A stretch of 64,000 bases of DNA from positions 186,001 through 250,000 of the forward strand of contig OZ025697.1 in NCBI GenBank assembly GCA_964019335.1, in the 5' to 3' direction. Shown in pieces: positions 1 to 11,000 of the stretch (position 1 is the first letter of the stretch; every line of letters starts with the position of its first letter). Origin of the DNA: Diplonema japonicum (lineage: Eukaryota; Protista; Euglenozoa: Diplonemea). Under the pieces are notes generated by a model. The model was not told where the DNA came from and did no database searches. It saw only the letters and a program-made list of their open reading frames with translations. Both the position numbers and the translations under genes were made by a program.

Positions 1-282
1 GCATCTTTCGTATGTTATCGGGAACTCTGTCCCGCCTTGTTCTTTGATGGACCCCACGATTTTTCCCAGTTGTGGTCCGTTTGTTACCGGTGAATCACCT
101 ATTTTCTTTATGATGAATGGGCAAATGGGTCTTAGAGACAGAGCTGCTTCGTCATCAAGGACGCCTGTAACGACGGTGCCTTTGAAGTTCATGCCGAGTT
201 TTCTTTCCGGGCTTGCGATCTTGAGGGTGTATGTCTCGAGCTTCCCACAGCCGGTGAACGGTCCCTCATCGTCCTGCGTCAT
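1..282 (-). CDS. 5' part of a protein with a PDZ-like N-terminus (runs off the window)
   Basis: Manual translation from ATG at 282 is open to position 1: MTQDDEGPFTGCGKLETYTLKIASPERKLGMNFKGTVVTGV...IIKKIGDSPVTN; KLGM-x-F and I-x-x-I-G-D-x-P-V resemble PDZ motifs. Confidence 0.6.
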   Translation of the reverse strand, partial: MTQDDEGPFTGCGKLETYTLKIASPERKLGMNFKGTVVTGVLDDEAALSLRPICPFIIKKIGDSPVTNGPQLGKIVGSIKEQGGTEFPITYERC

Positions 283-777
283 CTTTCTCCCCCCAACCTT
301 TTTATTTTGTTTTATCTAAAACAGCATTATAAAATAATACTTTATTTTTTTATAAAAAATAAAAAAGCTTTCTTTTGAATCGATCGATGGGACGTTATTA
401 ACCCCTCTTGGAGGGTTAAGGCGTCGTTTTTTTTTTTTTTTTTTTTTCTTCTTTTTTTTTTTAAACGTTGGAGGGGGGAAGGGGGGGACAACAACAGAGT
501 TTGAGAATGTGAAGGAAAATATGCCTTTTTTTTTAATTTTCTCTTCCGGAGCTAGTTTTTTTTTCCCCCTTTTTTTCCCCCTGTTGTTGTTTTTTTTTTT
601 TTCCTCCATTTTTTTTTCTTTTTTTTGGAGTACTTCCTCGGTATTCGTAAGAGGTAGGATTCGGAGAAAGGAAAGGAAAAGGAACTTTTTGCCCCCCCCC
701 CCCAACCACTCCCAATTTGCACGGGAGCTTTTTAGCAAAGTCATCTTTGAAAAGAAAAGGGGGAATTTTTTTTTTTT

Positions 778-826
778 TGATAAATTTCGGTGTGCAGGTG
801 GGTGCTCACCGTTCAGGGAGAAATTC
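778..826 (-). mobile_element. Solo 3'-end fragment of the LINE family at 27282-29234
   Basis: Matches the LINE 3' UTR (gaatttct..gaac[a/g]gtgagcaccc..tgcacac[t/c]gaaatttatc); followed by an A-run on the minus strand. Confidence 0.75.
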
Positions 827-1118
827 GAGGGAAAAAAAAAAAAAAAAAAAAAAAAAGAGAGAGAAAACAACGCTTTTCAACGGAGAGGGAGAGAACAGTT
901 GTCAAAACCTCAAGAACGCCACACAAAATTTATCATCTTCCTTGACGAAAGAACGCGCAAAGATTACAAAAGATGGGAAAAGAGAAGCATTCGCCTGGAC
1001 CTACTTAATTCAGTGAGGCAGGGATGAAACCCCCTCGGCTTCTATGGTTTAGTGAACCATTTCATGAAGGAATACGAGAAGACGAGTCTGCAGATATCAC
1101 ATAGCACCACAAGTGAAA

Positions 1119-2107
1119 ATGGGAGAAATACTGAGAGAAGGAACGGACAAGAAAACAAAGTGGTTTCTTTTTTTTTTTTTTTTTTTTTTTTTTTCACTCC
1201 ATGAAGGAGGACGAGTTCGGTACACTGTGACGGGCACCAACGAGAAGAAATTCTGAAGAAAATTCGTAATCACAAAAAAAAAAGGAGAAAAAAAAAAACT
1301 AGAAATAAAAGGAGGCTGGTGTGTTGGTGGCACTACTCTGATACAGGGGGCGCACCTCTGCCTAGCTACATCTTCTTCTGCAAAAAAAAGATTAAAACTG
1401 GACTTATAAAACTTGCAAAGCCATGGGAGAAATATAGGAGAAGGAAATAGGAAAAGCAACATTACTAAGAAATATAAAAAAAAAACCGTAAAAAAAAAAA
1501 AAAAAAAAAAGAAGAAAACCCATCATTCTGAACAACAAAAACAGCAGTATGGGAGAAATGAGAGAACAAAAAAAAGGGGAACTGGTCCCGCTTTTGAATT
1601 CACGCGCTGCAGCTTGAAAACCTGTAGGAGTCGTGAGTAGGAAAAAAATAATAAAAGATATTTATAGTAAAAGTGACCACTTCGAACTAATATAATAAGA
1701 GAATGAGAAGGTGTTGCTGTTTGTTGATAGAAACGAATTAGTCTACGTATGGGAGAAAAAAAACAAAACAAATAAAAAGAACTTTGGTTTACCCGGCCCA
1801 AGTACATACAAGGGCTGCTACACATGGGAGAATGAACAAATAAAGAAGAAGACAAAAGCAGAGTTTCTTGTGAAGAAGTGTGTGTACCCACACACATGGG
1901 AGAACTAACCCGAAAAAAAAAAGGAGAATAAAAAAAAAACACAAATTATTTGGAGTGAGCAGCAGTGATTCAATACACATGAGAGAAATCAGGAAAAAAG
2001 TTACTACGAAAGAAACGAAAAATAAATAATAGTAATAAAAAGAACTTTTGAAACGAAACTTTGTAGTCAAGGCTGGCGGAAGCTGGGCAGCCCTGAATGT
2101 GGGAGAA
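1119..2107 (-). repeat. Cluster of ATGGGAGAA (mRNA sense UUCUCCCAU) motifs downstream of the lyase gene
   Basis: Exact copies at 1119, 1423, 1549, 1749, 1824 and 1896; one-mismatch copies at 1979 and 2099. Confidence 0.75.
1303..1379 (-). mobile_element. Degenerate 3' fragment of the ribozyme-headed short retroposon
   Basis: aaaggaggctggtgtgttggtggc...tacagggggcgcacc...cttcttc aligns to 30418-30503 with an internal deletion. Confidence 0.7.
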
Positions 2108-2154
2108 AATTTTTAATTCTTAAGCACTATCAGTCTCTAAACACCTACTTGTCC

Positions 2155-5100
2155 TTAAATGTGGACTCTCTCGTGTGGGTGGCCTTCGGGCGCCTGAATC
2201 CCCAGGCCCTCGTTCTCGGCGCGGTCAATCATTGTCATGAACTCTGATAAAGAGGCTTCGCCTCCACTGTTGTTGCGCCTGATCAGGAAGAAGGCAAGCA
2301 TGGCTCCGCACACTGCAAGCACACCTAACACGATCAAGATAATAAGTAGCAGTGAGCCTGAGTCGTCATCGTTTTCAGGGGTGGCCACGGGCGGCTCCCC
2401 AGCGTTGTAGTCGACAGGGTACGGAGCATGTGTCTCACCCTGCGGCAGAGGCGCCCTAGTAGGGACAGCAGTCACGGGCGTTGTCCCAGGAGCTGAAGTC
2501 GGGCCGGCAGTAGGGGGTGTGCCAGGAGGTATCGTGGGAACAGCAGTCGGAGGTGTACCAGGTCCCATTGTGGGAGCAATAGTCACAGGTGCTGAAGTCG
2601 GGCCGGCAGTGGGAGGTGTGCCAGGAGGCATCGTGGGAACAATAGTCCCAGGAGCCGAAGTTGGGCCGGCAGTAGGGGGTGTGCCAGGAGGCATCGTGGG
2701 AACAGCAGTCGGAGGTGTACCAGGTCCCATCGTGGGAGCAATAGTCACAGGTGCTGAAGTCGGGCCGGCAGTGGGAGGTGTGCCAGTAGGCATTGTGGGA
2801 ACAGCAGTCGGAGGTGTACCAGGTCCCATTGTGGGAGCGATAGTTCTGGGAGCTGAGGTCGGGCCGGCAGTAGGGGGTGTGCCAGGAGGCATCGTCGGAG
2901 CAACAGTCCCAGGAGCCGGAGTCGGGCCAGCAGTAGTGCTAGGAGACTTCGTGGGAACAGCAGTCGGGGGGGTTCCGGGTCCCATCGTGGGAGCAATAGT
3001 CCCTGGTGCTGAAGTCGGGCCGGCAGTAGGGGGTGTACCAGGAGGCATCGTGGGAATAGCCGTCGGAGGTGTACCGGGTCCCATTGTGGGAGCAATGGTG
3101 ACGGGCGCCGAAGATGGGACGGTAGTGGGTGGTGTGCCAGGTCCCATCGTGGGACTAGTAGTCGAAGTTGGTGTGACAGTTGGCGTAGCCGGAGACCCAG
3201 TAACAGGCGGAGAAGTATCGGGCGTAGATGTAGTAGGTGCTATGGTGGGCGTGGCTGTTGGCAAGTTTGTTGGCACCAAGGTCGGGGCGGTGGTAGTTAC
3301 GGGTGTCGCGGTAGGGACAAATGTAGGTGTCGCGGTTGCAGGATGTGTCGGCACAGCAGTGGGAACAGCTGTTGGTGTACTTGTAATTGGGGAGGCAGAA
3401 GGTATCGCCGTGGGTGTCACAGTGGGAACTGCAGTCGGAGCAGAGGTTGTGGGAAGCGCGGTCGGGGCAGCAGTTGTTGGTATTGCTGGTGTCGCGGTGG
3501 GTACAGCTGTTGGTGCTCCTGTAGGAACAGAAGTGGGTGCAATCGTTGTGGGTGCAGCAGTGGGGACAGCAGTAGGTGTTGTTGTGGGTGTCACGGTGGG
3601 AACGGCTGTCGCTGTCGGAGCAGATGTTGTAGGTGCGGTTGTAGGAACACCAGTGGGAGTGGTCGGTATCGTTGTTGGTGCCGCAGTAGGGGCAGTTGTG
3701 GGTGCAATCGTTGTGGGTGCAGCAGTGGGGACTGCAGTAGGTGTTGTTGTGGGTGTCACGGCCGGAACTGCTGTTGGTGCGGTTGTAGGAACACCAGTGG
3801 GAGGCGCGGTTGGTGCCGCAGTAGGGGCAGATGTGGGTGCAATCGTTATGGGTGCAGCAGTGGGGACAGCTGTGGGTACAATCGTTATAGGTGCAGCAGT
3901 GGGGACAGCAGTGGGTGTTGCTGTAGGAAGTGCAGTCGGAGAAGTTGTAGGCGCTGCAGTGGGGACAGCTGTGGGTGCAATTGTTGTGGGTGCAGCAGAG
4001 GGGACAGCTGTGGGTGCAATCGTTATTGGTGCAACAGTGGGGACAGCAGTGGGTGCAATCGTTGTAGGTGCAGCAGTGGGGGCTGCAGTAGGTGTTGCTG
4101 TAGGAACGGTTGTAGGAACTGCAGTCGGAGCAGAAGTAGCAGGCCCAGCAGTGGGGACAGCTGTGGGTGCAATTGTTGTGGGTGCAGCAGAGGGGACAGC
4201 TGTGGGTGCAATCGTTATTGGTGCAACAGTGGGGACAGCAGTGGGTGCAATCGTTGTAGGTGCAGCAGTGGGGGCTGCAGTAGGTGTTGCTGTAGGAACG
4301 GTTGTAGGAACTGCAGTCGGAGCAGAAGTAGCAGGCCCAGCAGTGGGGACAGCAGTGGGTGCAATCGTTATAGGTGCAACAGTGGGGACAGCAGTGGGTG
4401 CAATCGTTGTAGGTGCAGCAGTGGGAACAGCAGTAGGTGTTGCTGTAGGAACGGTTGTAGGGACTGCAGTCGGAGCAGAAGTAGTAGGCGCAGCAGTGGG
4501 GACAGCAGTGGGTGCAACTGTTGTAGGTGCAGCAGTGGGGACAGCAGTAGGTGTTGCTGTAGGAACGGTTGTAGGGACTGCAGTCGGAGCAGAAGTAGTA
4601 GGCGCAGCAGTGGGGACAGCAGTGGGTGCAACTGTTGTAGGTGCAGCAGTGGGGACAGCAGTAGGTGTTGCTGTAGGAACGGTTGTAGGGACTGCAGTCG
4701 GAGCAGAAGTAGTAGGCGCAGCAGTGGGGACAGCAGTGGGTGCAACTGTTGTAGGTGCAGCAGTGGGGACAGCAGTAGGTGTTGCTGTAGGAACGGTTGT
4801 AGGGACTGCAGTCGGAGCAGAAGTAGCAGGCGCTGCAGTGGGGACAGCTGTGGGTGTTGCTGTGGGTGTCACGGTGGGAACAGCCGTGGGAGTACTTGTG
4901 GGAATAGCTGTTGGAACGGTTGTAGGGACTGCAGTGGGTTCTGCAGTCACGACTGGTGCTGGTGACACGGTAGGGCAGAGCTCTCCAACAGGCGACTGCG
5001 CAGCGGCCATAGCCACGTGCGAGAACATGCGGTAGTGGTGGTAGTCTTGGATGGCGTCGTTCCTGAATGAGTACTGGCGGTCAATCCACAAGATACCCGG

Positions 5101-7581
5101 GTTTGAGGAGGAAAGGGGCTCGTCCCACGTCCATTGCCACTGCTTATAGTTAGTGGGGATGTTCGCGAGGGACGCGAGGGTGACCTCAGCACTGTCCGAT
5201 GTGGCTGTCTTGAAGGTGAGGTGGTTGAGGCACATCCTGTTGAGGTCGAGGAACGGTGCAGGATCCAAGGAGTGGTCTGCGGCAATGGCACTGCAGTACG
5301 CAATTGTACCCATTTGATAGAAGAGGCCGCAATCGCCCGCATCGCTGAAGTCCCAACTGGAGCCTTGCTTTTCGACAAGCTTGTTGCCAAGAGCAAAGAT
5401 CACGTCTGCTGCCTTCTGCTTCTGCGGGCTAGAAGGGTCCGTGACTTCATGATAGTACTGGACACCAAGCGGCGCTCTGATAAGGATATCGAACATAGCC
5501 TGAAGGCTTCCAGATGCCGATTCAGCTCTGGTGGCCATCCTATTTGGGCTGCCTGTGGACATCCAGTCGATGGCGTTGTCTGAGTATGTGCTGAGCGTAG
5601 CGCCTATGGCCTCGTCGAAGTAGATCTGTGCGGCACGCACCATGACATCAATCCCGTTAGTGAGGGACTGCTCTTCGTCATAATCATAGAACCTCATGGC
5701 AGATTTACCCACTTCAAACAGAACCTCACGTGCACGCCTGTCTCCAGTGACGTAGTAGTATGTCTCTACCCCTGCCACATGGCTGTACTCCATAGCATTC
5801 GCGTAACCTGACCATGCCTGCTGCCCGTGCCTGTGCAGAGTACCCACAGAGTGCAGGGAGTTCTTTCCATTCCATGTCGTCTGGCTGCTGCTGTCAGTAC
5901 CTCCAAAGTGAACTGTCTGCATATCCAAGGTGTGTCTCGCAAGTGCCTCCGCGTCCAGGAACCCCTCACGACTTGGCTTTCTCATCCACTGCATCCACAG
6001 CTGGTTGGAAGGCTCCCCTGAGTTCCCTGACCATCCGTACCTCCCAAGCTCGCGCCATGTCCACTTGTTCATGCCCCCGTAGAACCACCCGCGGATGTCG
6101 CCGTAGTCCTCGATTCCAAACCAGCCCCACTTCACGCGCTGGTTGTAACGGAAGAAGTCCTGCACGACATGCATGGCGCGGTCAATCCTGTAGTGGCACT
6201 CGCTGGCAGCCAGAGTGGCTGGGAATGTGAACGGCCCCACGCCCATTACACGCGAGTCAGAGTAGTAGTCCGGGTCTGCCATGAGTAACAGCTGTCCCAT
6301 GTCCACGGCTTTGGCCAAGTTGTCAAGTTCTGTTGCGTCGGCAGCTGTGTCGCTGAAGACAAGCCACATGTCATCCGTCTTCCCGATGCCCTGTGCGCCT
6401 GTGTTCCGCCCGTTCCCACTCTCACCATTTGAGATAGTGTAGCTGTAGCGCTTCAGGTTCCAGTCAGCATGGCTCTCGGGGTACAGCTGCATTTCGAAAC
6501 CAGCGGCAGTTGCAACAAGCGCCTTCGGGAACTGCTCTGCCATGTCTCTCAGAACCACAGCGATACTGCCGGTTGCTCCAGAACGGGAGATTGTGCCCAG
6601 AGCCTGACCAGTCTTCGAAGTCCCGCCTACGGTGAATGCATCATACGCACTATGGTACAGTTCGCCTGTCCCGCCGCTCAGGGTAGATCCTTCAGCGAGA
6701 GTAGTGGCACCAGCTGCTGAGAAGGGGAGCTTCAGACCATAGCTCTGCAGGTTACTGTAACTGTCGTCGCCTGCGTGGACCCACGTGTGCCCCACCTGGA
6801 TAGTCTTGGAACCCCTAAAGAATCTCAATCTCACGATGAAGGACCCCAATGACTTACCGCTGGCCAGCACGTGCGCGCCCGACACCCTAACGTCTGCCAC
6901 AAGACTGTTCTGTGCCTCGACCTTTACCTGTAAGTTGTACGCATGGTAGTCGTTGTAGGAGCTTGACGTCTCGTCGAGATACGTTTTCATCATGGTGCCG
7001 CCGGGTTCGTTGCTGGAGGGGGTGAGCAGGCCTCCGTAGTAAGTGTCGCTGCCACTGACGGCAACCCATGGGCCTCGGTCGGTGGTAGGGGACGAACCGG
7101 GGGGGCTGAGGACCTCCGTGCCACCGACGGTGACACGGTGGAGGATCCCACCGTAGGTGGTGGGGATCTCCGCCACAAGGCTGCCTGTGTCGACCGTGAC
7201 GGCAGTCCCGGAGGTAGTGACGGTGACAGTGGTTGTCTCCGTGGGGTAGGCGTCGATGGCCCACAGCTCGGCGGACACCTGACCGCTGGATGGGATGGAG
7301 GCCACTTCAACATCCACTTGGAGCCACCTCACAGAGCCATCGGGCCACTTCGCAAGGGGTTTGCACCTGCTGGGCTGGTACACCCCTCCCACATACAGGC
7401 CGACAGCTGCTCCCGATGCCAGCACTCCGCGTGGCATCGGCACGCCACTCCTCACCATGGCCGCAGTCCTCGCCACCCCAGCTGGCTCGTCGATACTCAC
7501 GTCTACAAGCTTGCTCTGCTGAACCTGCCCGCACACAGCAGTGCTCATCAGCACTGCTAAAAGCCCGCGAATGGAGCTCAT
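2155..7581 (-). CDS. Membrane-anchored PcRGLX/YetA-like (PL26-related exo-rhamnogalacturonan lyase-like) protein with a Pro/Thr/Ala mucin-like stalk
   Basis: Intronless ORF. Signal peptide MSSIRGLLAVLMSTAVCG; family motifs GVPMPRG, WPDGSVRW, DYGD, EALARHTLD, HRHGQQAW, YYYVTGDRRARE; ~850 aa of PT repeats; C-terminal TM helix LLLIILIVLGVLAVCGAMLAFFLI. Start taken at ATG 7581 after a pyrimidine tract and CAG. Confidence 0.8.
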   Translation of the reverse strand: MSSIRGLLAVLMSTAVCGQVQQSKLVDVSIDEPAGVARTAAMVRSGVPMPRGVLASGAAVGLYVGGVYQPSRCKPLAKWPDGSVRWLQVDVEVASIPSSGQVSAELWAIDAYPTETTTVTVTTSGTAVTVDTGSLVAEIPTTYGGILHRVTVGGTEVLSPPGSSPTTDRGPWVAVSGSDTYYGGLLTPSSNEPGGTMMKTYLDETSSSYNDYHAYNLQVKVEAQNSLVADVRVSGAHVLASGKSLGSFIVRLRFFRGSKTIQVGHTWVHAGDDSYSNLQSYGLKLPFSAAGATTLAEGSTLSGGTGELYHSAYDAFTVGGTSKTGQALGTISRSGATGSIAVVLRDMAEQFPKALVATAAGFEMQLYPESHADWNLKRYSYTISNGESGNGRNTGAQGIGKTDDMWLVFSDTAADATELDNLAKAVDMGQLLLMADPDYYSDSRVMGVGPFTFPATLAASECHYRIDRAMHVVQDFFRYNQRVKWGWFGIEDYGDIRGWFYGGMNKWTWRELGRYGWSGNSGEPSNQLWMQWMRKPSREGFLDAEALARHTLDMQTVHFGGTDSSSQTTWNGKNSLHSVGTLHRHGQQAWSGYANAMEYSHVAGVETYYYVTGDRRAREVLFEVGKSAMRFYDYDEEQSLTNGIDVMVRAAQIYFDEAIGATLSTYSDNAIDWMSTGSPNRMATRAESASGSLQAMFDILIRAPLGVQYYHEVTDPSSPQKQKAADVIFALGNKLVEKQGSSWDFSDAGDCGLFYQMGTIAYCSAIAADHSLDPAPFLDLNRMCLNHLTFKTATSDSAEVTLASLANIPTNYKQWQWTWDEPLSSSNPGILWIDRQYSFRNDAIQDYHHYRMFSHVAMAAAQSPVGELCPTVSPAPVVTAEPTAVPTTVPTAIPTSTPTAVPTVTPTATPTAVPTAAPATSAPTAVPTTVPTATPTAVPTAAPTTVAPTAVPTAAPTTSAPTAVPTTVPTATPTAVPTAAPTTVAPTAVPTAAPTTSAPTAVPTTVPTATPTAVPTAAPTTVAPTAVPTAAPTTSAPTAVPTTVPTATPTAVPTAAPTTIAPTAVPTVAPITIAPTAVPTAGPATSAPTAVPTTVPTATPTAAPTAAPTTIAPTAVPTVAPITIAPTAVPSAAPTTIAPTAVPTAGPATSAPTAVPTTVPTATPTAAPTAAPTTIAPTAVPTVAPITIAPTAVPSAAPTTIAPTAVPTAAPTTSPTALPTATPTAVPTAAPITIVPTAVPTAAPITIAPTSAPTAAPTAPPTGVPTTAPTAVPAVTPTTTPTAVPTAAPTTIAPTTAPTAAPTTIPTTPTGVPTTAPTTSAPTATAVPTVTPTTTPTAVPTAAPTTIAPTSVPTGAPTAVPTATPAIPTTAAPTALPTTSAPTAVPTVTPTAIPSASPITSTPTAVPTAVPTHPATATPTFVPTATPVTTTAPTLVPTNLPTATPTIAPTTSTPDTSPPVTGSPATPTVTPTSTTSPTMGPGTPPTTVPSSAPVTIAPTMGPGTPPTAIPTMPPGTPPTAGPTSAPGTIAPTMGPGTPPTAVPTKSPSTTAGPTPAPGTVAPTMPPGTPPTAGPTSAPRTIAPTMGPGTPPTAVPTMPTGTPPTAGPTSAPVTIAPTMGPGTPPTAVPTMPPGTPPTAGPTSAPGTIVPTMPPGTPPTAGPTSAPVTIAPTMGPGTPPTAVPTIPPGTPPTAGPTSAPGTTPVTAVPTRAPLPQGETHAPYPVDYNAGEPPVATPENDDDSGSLLLIILIVLGVLAVCGAMLAFFLIRRNNSGGEASLSEFMTMIDRAENEGLGIQAPEGHPHERVHI
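2480..4940 (-). repeat. Coding tandem repeats of the mucin-like stalk
   Basis: Near-identical 114-bp units around 4420-4830, a 192-bp duplication (3961/4153), and MGPGTPPTAVPTMPPGTPPTAGPTSAP-type units at ~2500-3150. Confidence 0.9.
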
Positions 7582-7819
7582 GTGTACCCACGTTCTGTGT
7601 TGGAATGGAGGAAAAAAAATGGAAGGAAAGATCAAGTCTTTACGAAGAAACCTTGTTATTGGGAGAATACAACAACATGGGAAGGGGGGGGTTTTTTAAA
7701 AAAAGAAAATGCAAAAAAAAGACTTTCCTAAAAAGGGCTCATTCGCAAAGGCCGATATCGTAACAGGTATTGTCCTCAAAGAAAAGGAAGGGAAGAAAAA
7801 CTCTAATATTTTCTTCTTC

Positions 7820-7854
<35 letters not shown>

Positions 7855-7861
7855 CTGAACC

Positions 7862-7894
<33 letters not shown>

Positions 7895-8044
7895 AACGAC
7901 AACCGTTGTTGCAAAGAGAGGGGGGGGGGGGCGTAGTAATTTATTATTCATCTAACGATTTTCTATAAAAAGAAAAAACAAAAAAAAAAAAGCATCTAAA
8001 TAACAGGATTCTTTTTCTTTTCTTATTTCTCATGCAAATCTAAT

Positions 8045-11000
8045 TTACTGAAGAAGGTGTCGAAGATTATACTTCAAGAAGAAGAGAGAAGCGCGATGCT
8101 TGATAAGGAGAGAGAGGACAGTGCACCAATCGGCAGTCTCACGAGGAGTGGCGGTGGTGAACTCCAACCGAGTGTCTCTAAGAAGCACGATGAAGGGGTA
8201 AGAGGATGTGGAGGGGTCAGGCTTACCCTTCACAATCTTCACCATGTGATCGGAACGAATGAAATCTTCTGCTACTTTCTTGCCCTCCTTGCGAATCTCA
8301 GTCCTGCTGAGATCGGCCGCTAGTCTGAGCCGCCGTTTCCCGTGGCCATTCTTGAGCTTTTTCCACACCCACGTTCCTTCCTGAACCAGAGCATTGACTC
8401 TCTTTAGTTCTTTAATGGCTTCTTGAGCAGGTATCATAGGTGAAGAAGGACCGAATAACTGAACCTCAGCAGGGATTTCTTGCACGACCCTCGGTACGGG
8501 AACTTCTTGCTCCGCTTGCCGTTCGAGTTGCTCATACTCGTCATCGTCCATTTCTTCAAGAGTTACTGCGGGTGGGGGAGGGCTTCGTGCTTTCCGTTTT
8601 TGTTGTTGCTGCTGCGGCTGCCGTTCAACGGTTGGAGGGTGCTGCGGCCGTGGTGGGGTCTTGATAGACGAATATTTCATCTCAATTGGTGCGGCAACCG
8701 TCTGTGTGTGGTGAAGCTTTACTTCGTAGTTCTTCCTTAAGGCCCCCATCTGTGTTTCCAGTTCCTTCTCTTCTCTCACCAGCTCGTTCACATCGTTTTT
8801 CTTCTGCGTCAGTTTCAAGAGTAGTTCTCTTTGTTTTGTGTGCCGTTCCCTGACCTTTCTCTCTGCGCTGTCCCGTACGCTTTGCTCGGCGCGGTGTATC
8901 TCATCGTCAAGGCTTTCAAGCATCTGTCTTTGCAGTTTCAAAGGATTATTCTGTTCTTCGACTTCTTCGAAACGCTTTTCCATCACCGCACAGCACTCCT
9001 TTTCTAGATCCTCGACACGTGCCGTTTCTGATTTCAGTTTTTCGGACGATTCGCGGAGACGGGCTTCTGTCTCCGATAGTGTTCTCCGTGCCTCTTCGGC
9101 AGACAGGTCAACCTCTCCTGCCTCCGCCCACATGTTCATCCTCTCGACGACGATGGACTCTGCACGCATAATGCATTGTATGAAGCCACTCCGTTCCTCG
9201 GGCCTCCCCACGCAGAGTACCGATTTCCAATCGTCCAAGTTGTTCACCACTGGGACTTCCCGCTTGTACGCCATCTCCGTCAGGCGTGCATGCTTCTTCT
9301 CGAACTTCGCCCGCCTCTCTTGTTCCGCGCTTTCGGAACGTATTATTTCGTCGACCGTTTTTTGGAGCTCTTTCTCCACCGCGTGTACTTCTGCGTTCCC
9401 TGTGAATAGGTTGGGTGGGTGTTGTGTTTTGGTATACCTTTCACAGCAACCAGCTTTCCCAATGTTGCCGTTTGCTCCTCGATGTTTTGCAGCTTTGCCT
9501 GTTGGGTCGGTGTCGGGTTAGTTTGCTGCCATACCTGCAGTTCTGTTTCCATGATCTCACTTTCCGAGGCTAGTGCTTCTAAGAACGCTGCCAGCTCTGG
9601 TGCCACATCGGTGTCCTCGGAGTTCGTGACTGTCGAGAGCCATGTCTCGACAAGCTCTGCGGTGCCCAAGGCCTCCATGCGCCTTTTGATTGTGTCTTCT
9701 TCGTCTTCGTCCTCTAGTGCCACGGGGAGGACCTGGTTTCTGATGGTGCCGCAGTGGTCGAGCAACTGCCTTGCTGTAAGTGTTGCCGCACCCGACAGGA
9801 TTGACCTCCAGTTTATCTCCGCAGCTTGCCGGCAGCGAAGTTCTGTCGACTGTAGCCTGGCTTCATTGCGTAATATTGTAAGCTGCTCCGCCTTGGTCGC
9901 CACCACGCTCTCAAGGTTCTGGTTCTGCCTCAGATCCTGCAGCACTGCGACAAGGTATTCCTTGCGTTCCAACAGGCTGCTCTTGTTCTTTTCACTTACC
10001 TCCTCATCCGTCGCGCCGTCACGAGACAGCATTGCAAGCTCGAACTCAATTGGGAAGTTCTCCTTCAACCACATCAACTTCTCCTTGCAAGCCTCCAACT
10101 GTTGTGCGTGGTGCATTTCCCCACACTCCTCGATCTGCGCAGACAGCTCATCTTTCCGTGCTCTCAGCGACTGCACTAGCTTTTCTATCTTTTTCAGATT
10201 GGTCTTCGCGTGTGCCAGCTCCCTATCAAGATCCTCCTTCTTTTTTGTTCTTCCCTGCAGCTGTCGCATCTTCCCGGCCTGTCGTTTCTTTGCCGCGATA
10301 ACCAGGCTTTGTTTATATCTGTGTTAGTTGCACGCCACTAATTAGCACATACTGTCTCTTAGACTCTTCCCTCTGTGCCTTTAGTGCTGCTGCCTGGCTT
10401 TCTACTTCGAAAGAGGCTTCCCCAGCATCCATCTCTTTTGCGCCCTTGTCGAGCTCCGCCTGTATATGTGTTGTGCTGTGTTGGTGGCGTACCTGTAGCC
10501 GCTTGAGGACTAGCTTCTCGTGGTGCAGCTTGTCAGCACAGCTGATCATTTTCCTGCTAAGCGTGGTGGACTCTTGTTTGAATCTCTGTTGAAGCTGGTG
10601 CTTCGCCTCGACTTGTTGCTCATCCATAATGAGCAAGGCGCTGGGCTCCTGGGTGTGCCTTTGTCTGGGAGGAGGTGTGGAAACTGAGCTGGTGGGCGAG
10701 CGGGGTCGCTGCTTGTGCTGTCTGTGCTGCTGTTGGTAACTAGCTGCCTTCAACTTGAGGTACGACCCACGCTCCTTATGTGCGTAGTCAGTGCCGTTAA
10801 CATTCATGTTGTTGAGGGGGCTCCTCCTGGGAGTGATGGGCTCCGCACGCTGTGAGGAAGACTTCCTGACGGCCTTAGGCGGCGTGCAAACATCCTGCGG
10901 CAGCTTGGGCGTTCTGCTGCAAGCATTCCACCCTTCCCTCCTCAACGGGTCATTGGGCGCTTGCTTCTTATGTGTCGTCGGCGTTGAGGACCGTGTCCTG

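Noticed and set aside
1119-2107. CRISPR-like repeat-spacer array
   Set aside because: Repeat is only 9 nt, spacing is irregular, no cas genes, eukaryotic context
2519-5035. Long plus-strand ORFs (838 aa V/G/A-rich; 540 aa Cys-rich)
   Set aside because: Antisense shadows of the Pro/Thr/Ala repeat region
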